In this document: piece after piece, positions 50,263 through 51,542 of the stretch
Numbering within the stretch: position 1 is the first letter of the stretch
Layout: each line of letters starts with the position of its first letter
DNA from: Octopus bimaculoides
Lineage: Eukaryota
Direction: 5' to 3'
Length of the DNA: 51,542 nucleotides
NCBI RefSeq assembly: GCF_001194135.2
Contig: NC_068986.1
Location: 113,799,245-113,850,786 of the forward strand
The notes under the pieces: model-generated
The model's input: only the letters and a program-made list of their open reading frames with translations
Told to the model about the DNA's origin: nothing
Databases searched by the model: none
Made by a program: the position numbers and the translations under genes

Positions 50263-50899
50263 AACTACTACTAGCTGCTAGTCACTACCTAGAACTCACA
50301 TGTATAAAAAAGAGAGACAGACAGAAAATAGGAAAATGTCCCTTGCATTTGAAAACTATGGGAATCTTTTTAAAAAGCGTTTCATTTAAATTTTCTATAG
50401 TTTGATTATTTTCCATGCTTTACTCTAAGTTGAAAAAGTCGCAAAGACTGAAACCGATTCTAAAATGTTCTTCTGGATAAAATTATTTCAGCATTTTCTA
50501 CCGTGTCATATTTTCCTTATACATATCAACCCATGTGTTCCTTTTCAACCTTCTGTACACACACACACACACACACACATATATATGCATATATACACAC
50601 ACACACACATATCCATCCATAAATTCTTACATGTTTATCTCTTTAGCCATCCACTGACACACACACGTACACAAATTCCCACACAATTTTCAAGGAAATA
50701 AAGGTTGGTGAGCTGCGACAGTAAAACGACTCTCCGTTCGACCGTTGTCAGACAATCTTCTCTGATGAAGGTTGAACGAGAATCCGGAGTTATAAATCAC
50801 TACTTTAGCTGCGAGACGCAAAAATATTTATTATCACAATATATGTGTCACATCTTATTTCATAATGTTTATTCTGTTTGAAACAGAATGGAAGACACT

Positions 50900-51420
50900 T
50901 TTCTTGAACCATTCAGGATCTCTGAAACTAGCGGGAGGGAGTTATCATATTTCTAGTATAGATCTCTCGGATGTCTTCTCTGTCCACTGCCAGCCTCTCT
51001 TCTTTCTTCTTTCTCGTAAGTAACGCATATTTCACTTATGTATAACAGCGCACATTGAACGTGCAATTGAAGACGTTGCTACATATGTTCCATCTGTGTT
51101 TCGAAATGATCCTTTATTCAAGCAAATTCTTTTACTCTGCTCTGCGTTTATGCCTCGGCATATTAATACGGCGCACACATCCATCTTCTCAGTTTACGTG
51201 CATGTAACTTATTTTTCAAACGGTTTATTTCGAGAATTCTTACCGATCTCTATTGTCCAGCTCAATCAGCATAGACCAAAACTCTGGCAGGGTTCTGCAA
51301 TCAGCAAGATTGCTTCTGAGAGTCGTGCTTTCTTAGATGTTTGATGTTGATGTCCTCATCATCTTTCAAATCAATATCTCCAATAATTCTTTCGACACGT
51401 TTGGTGAAGAACATTGGCCA
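50900..51420 (-). mobile_element. RTE-clade LINE RT fragment, heavily decayed
   Basis: Minus frame RII(G)DIDL.DDE...SFGL...EI..RI resembles the RTE pattern 'RFADDIDL....GL.IN..K...EI..RI'. Confidence 0.45.
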
Positions 51421-51487
51421 TTCCTTCTTTCCTTCCTTCCTTCCTTCGTTCTATCCATCGATCCATCCATTATAAGCATAAATTCTC

Positions 51488-51542
<55 letters not shown>

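Noticed and set aside
50757-50792. CTGATGA aggtt...aatcc ggag as another hammerhead
   Set aside because: No GAAA box, no NUH triplet and no stem I partner

Overview
AT-rich eukaryotic DNA with 9 N-gaps, very dense (AT)n/(GT)n/triplet microsatellites and many tRNA-headed SINEs. The repeat landscape points to an octopus (coleoid cephalopod) genome; this is an inference from recalled repeat families, not a database match. No protein-coding gene can be confidently annotated, so the window looks intronic or intergenic. Almost all listed ORFs are microsatellite artefacts or decayed transposon frames. Recognisable elements: at least 4-5 SINE families; LINE remnants (RTE/RTE-X, L1/Tx1-like, Dong/R4); two Penelope-like (PLE) RT/GIY-YIG fragments; mariner and Tc1 transposase fragments; several MITE/fold-back elements; and a Helitron-like remnant. 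The most interesting signal is a set of at least five sequence-unrelated minimal type-I hammerhead ribozyme (HHR) motifs, all with a palindromic, dimer-type stem III. One sits in a ~670 bp element with ~140 bp direct terminal repeats (retrozyme/PLE-like). Another forms the 3' tail of a tRNA-headed SINE that is flanked by an inverted copy of its own tail. There is also evidence of SINE tail-swapping (one tail resembles the 3' end of a Tx1-like LINE in this window) and an insertion hotspot hit three times.
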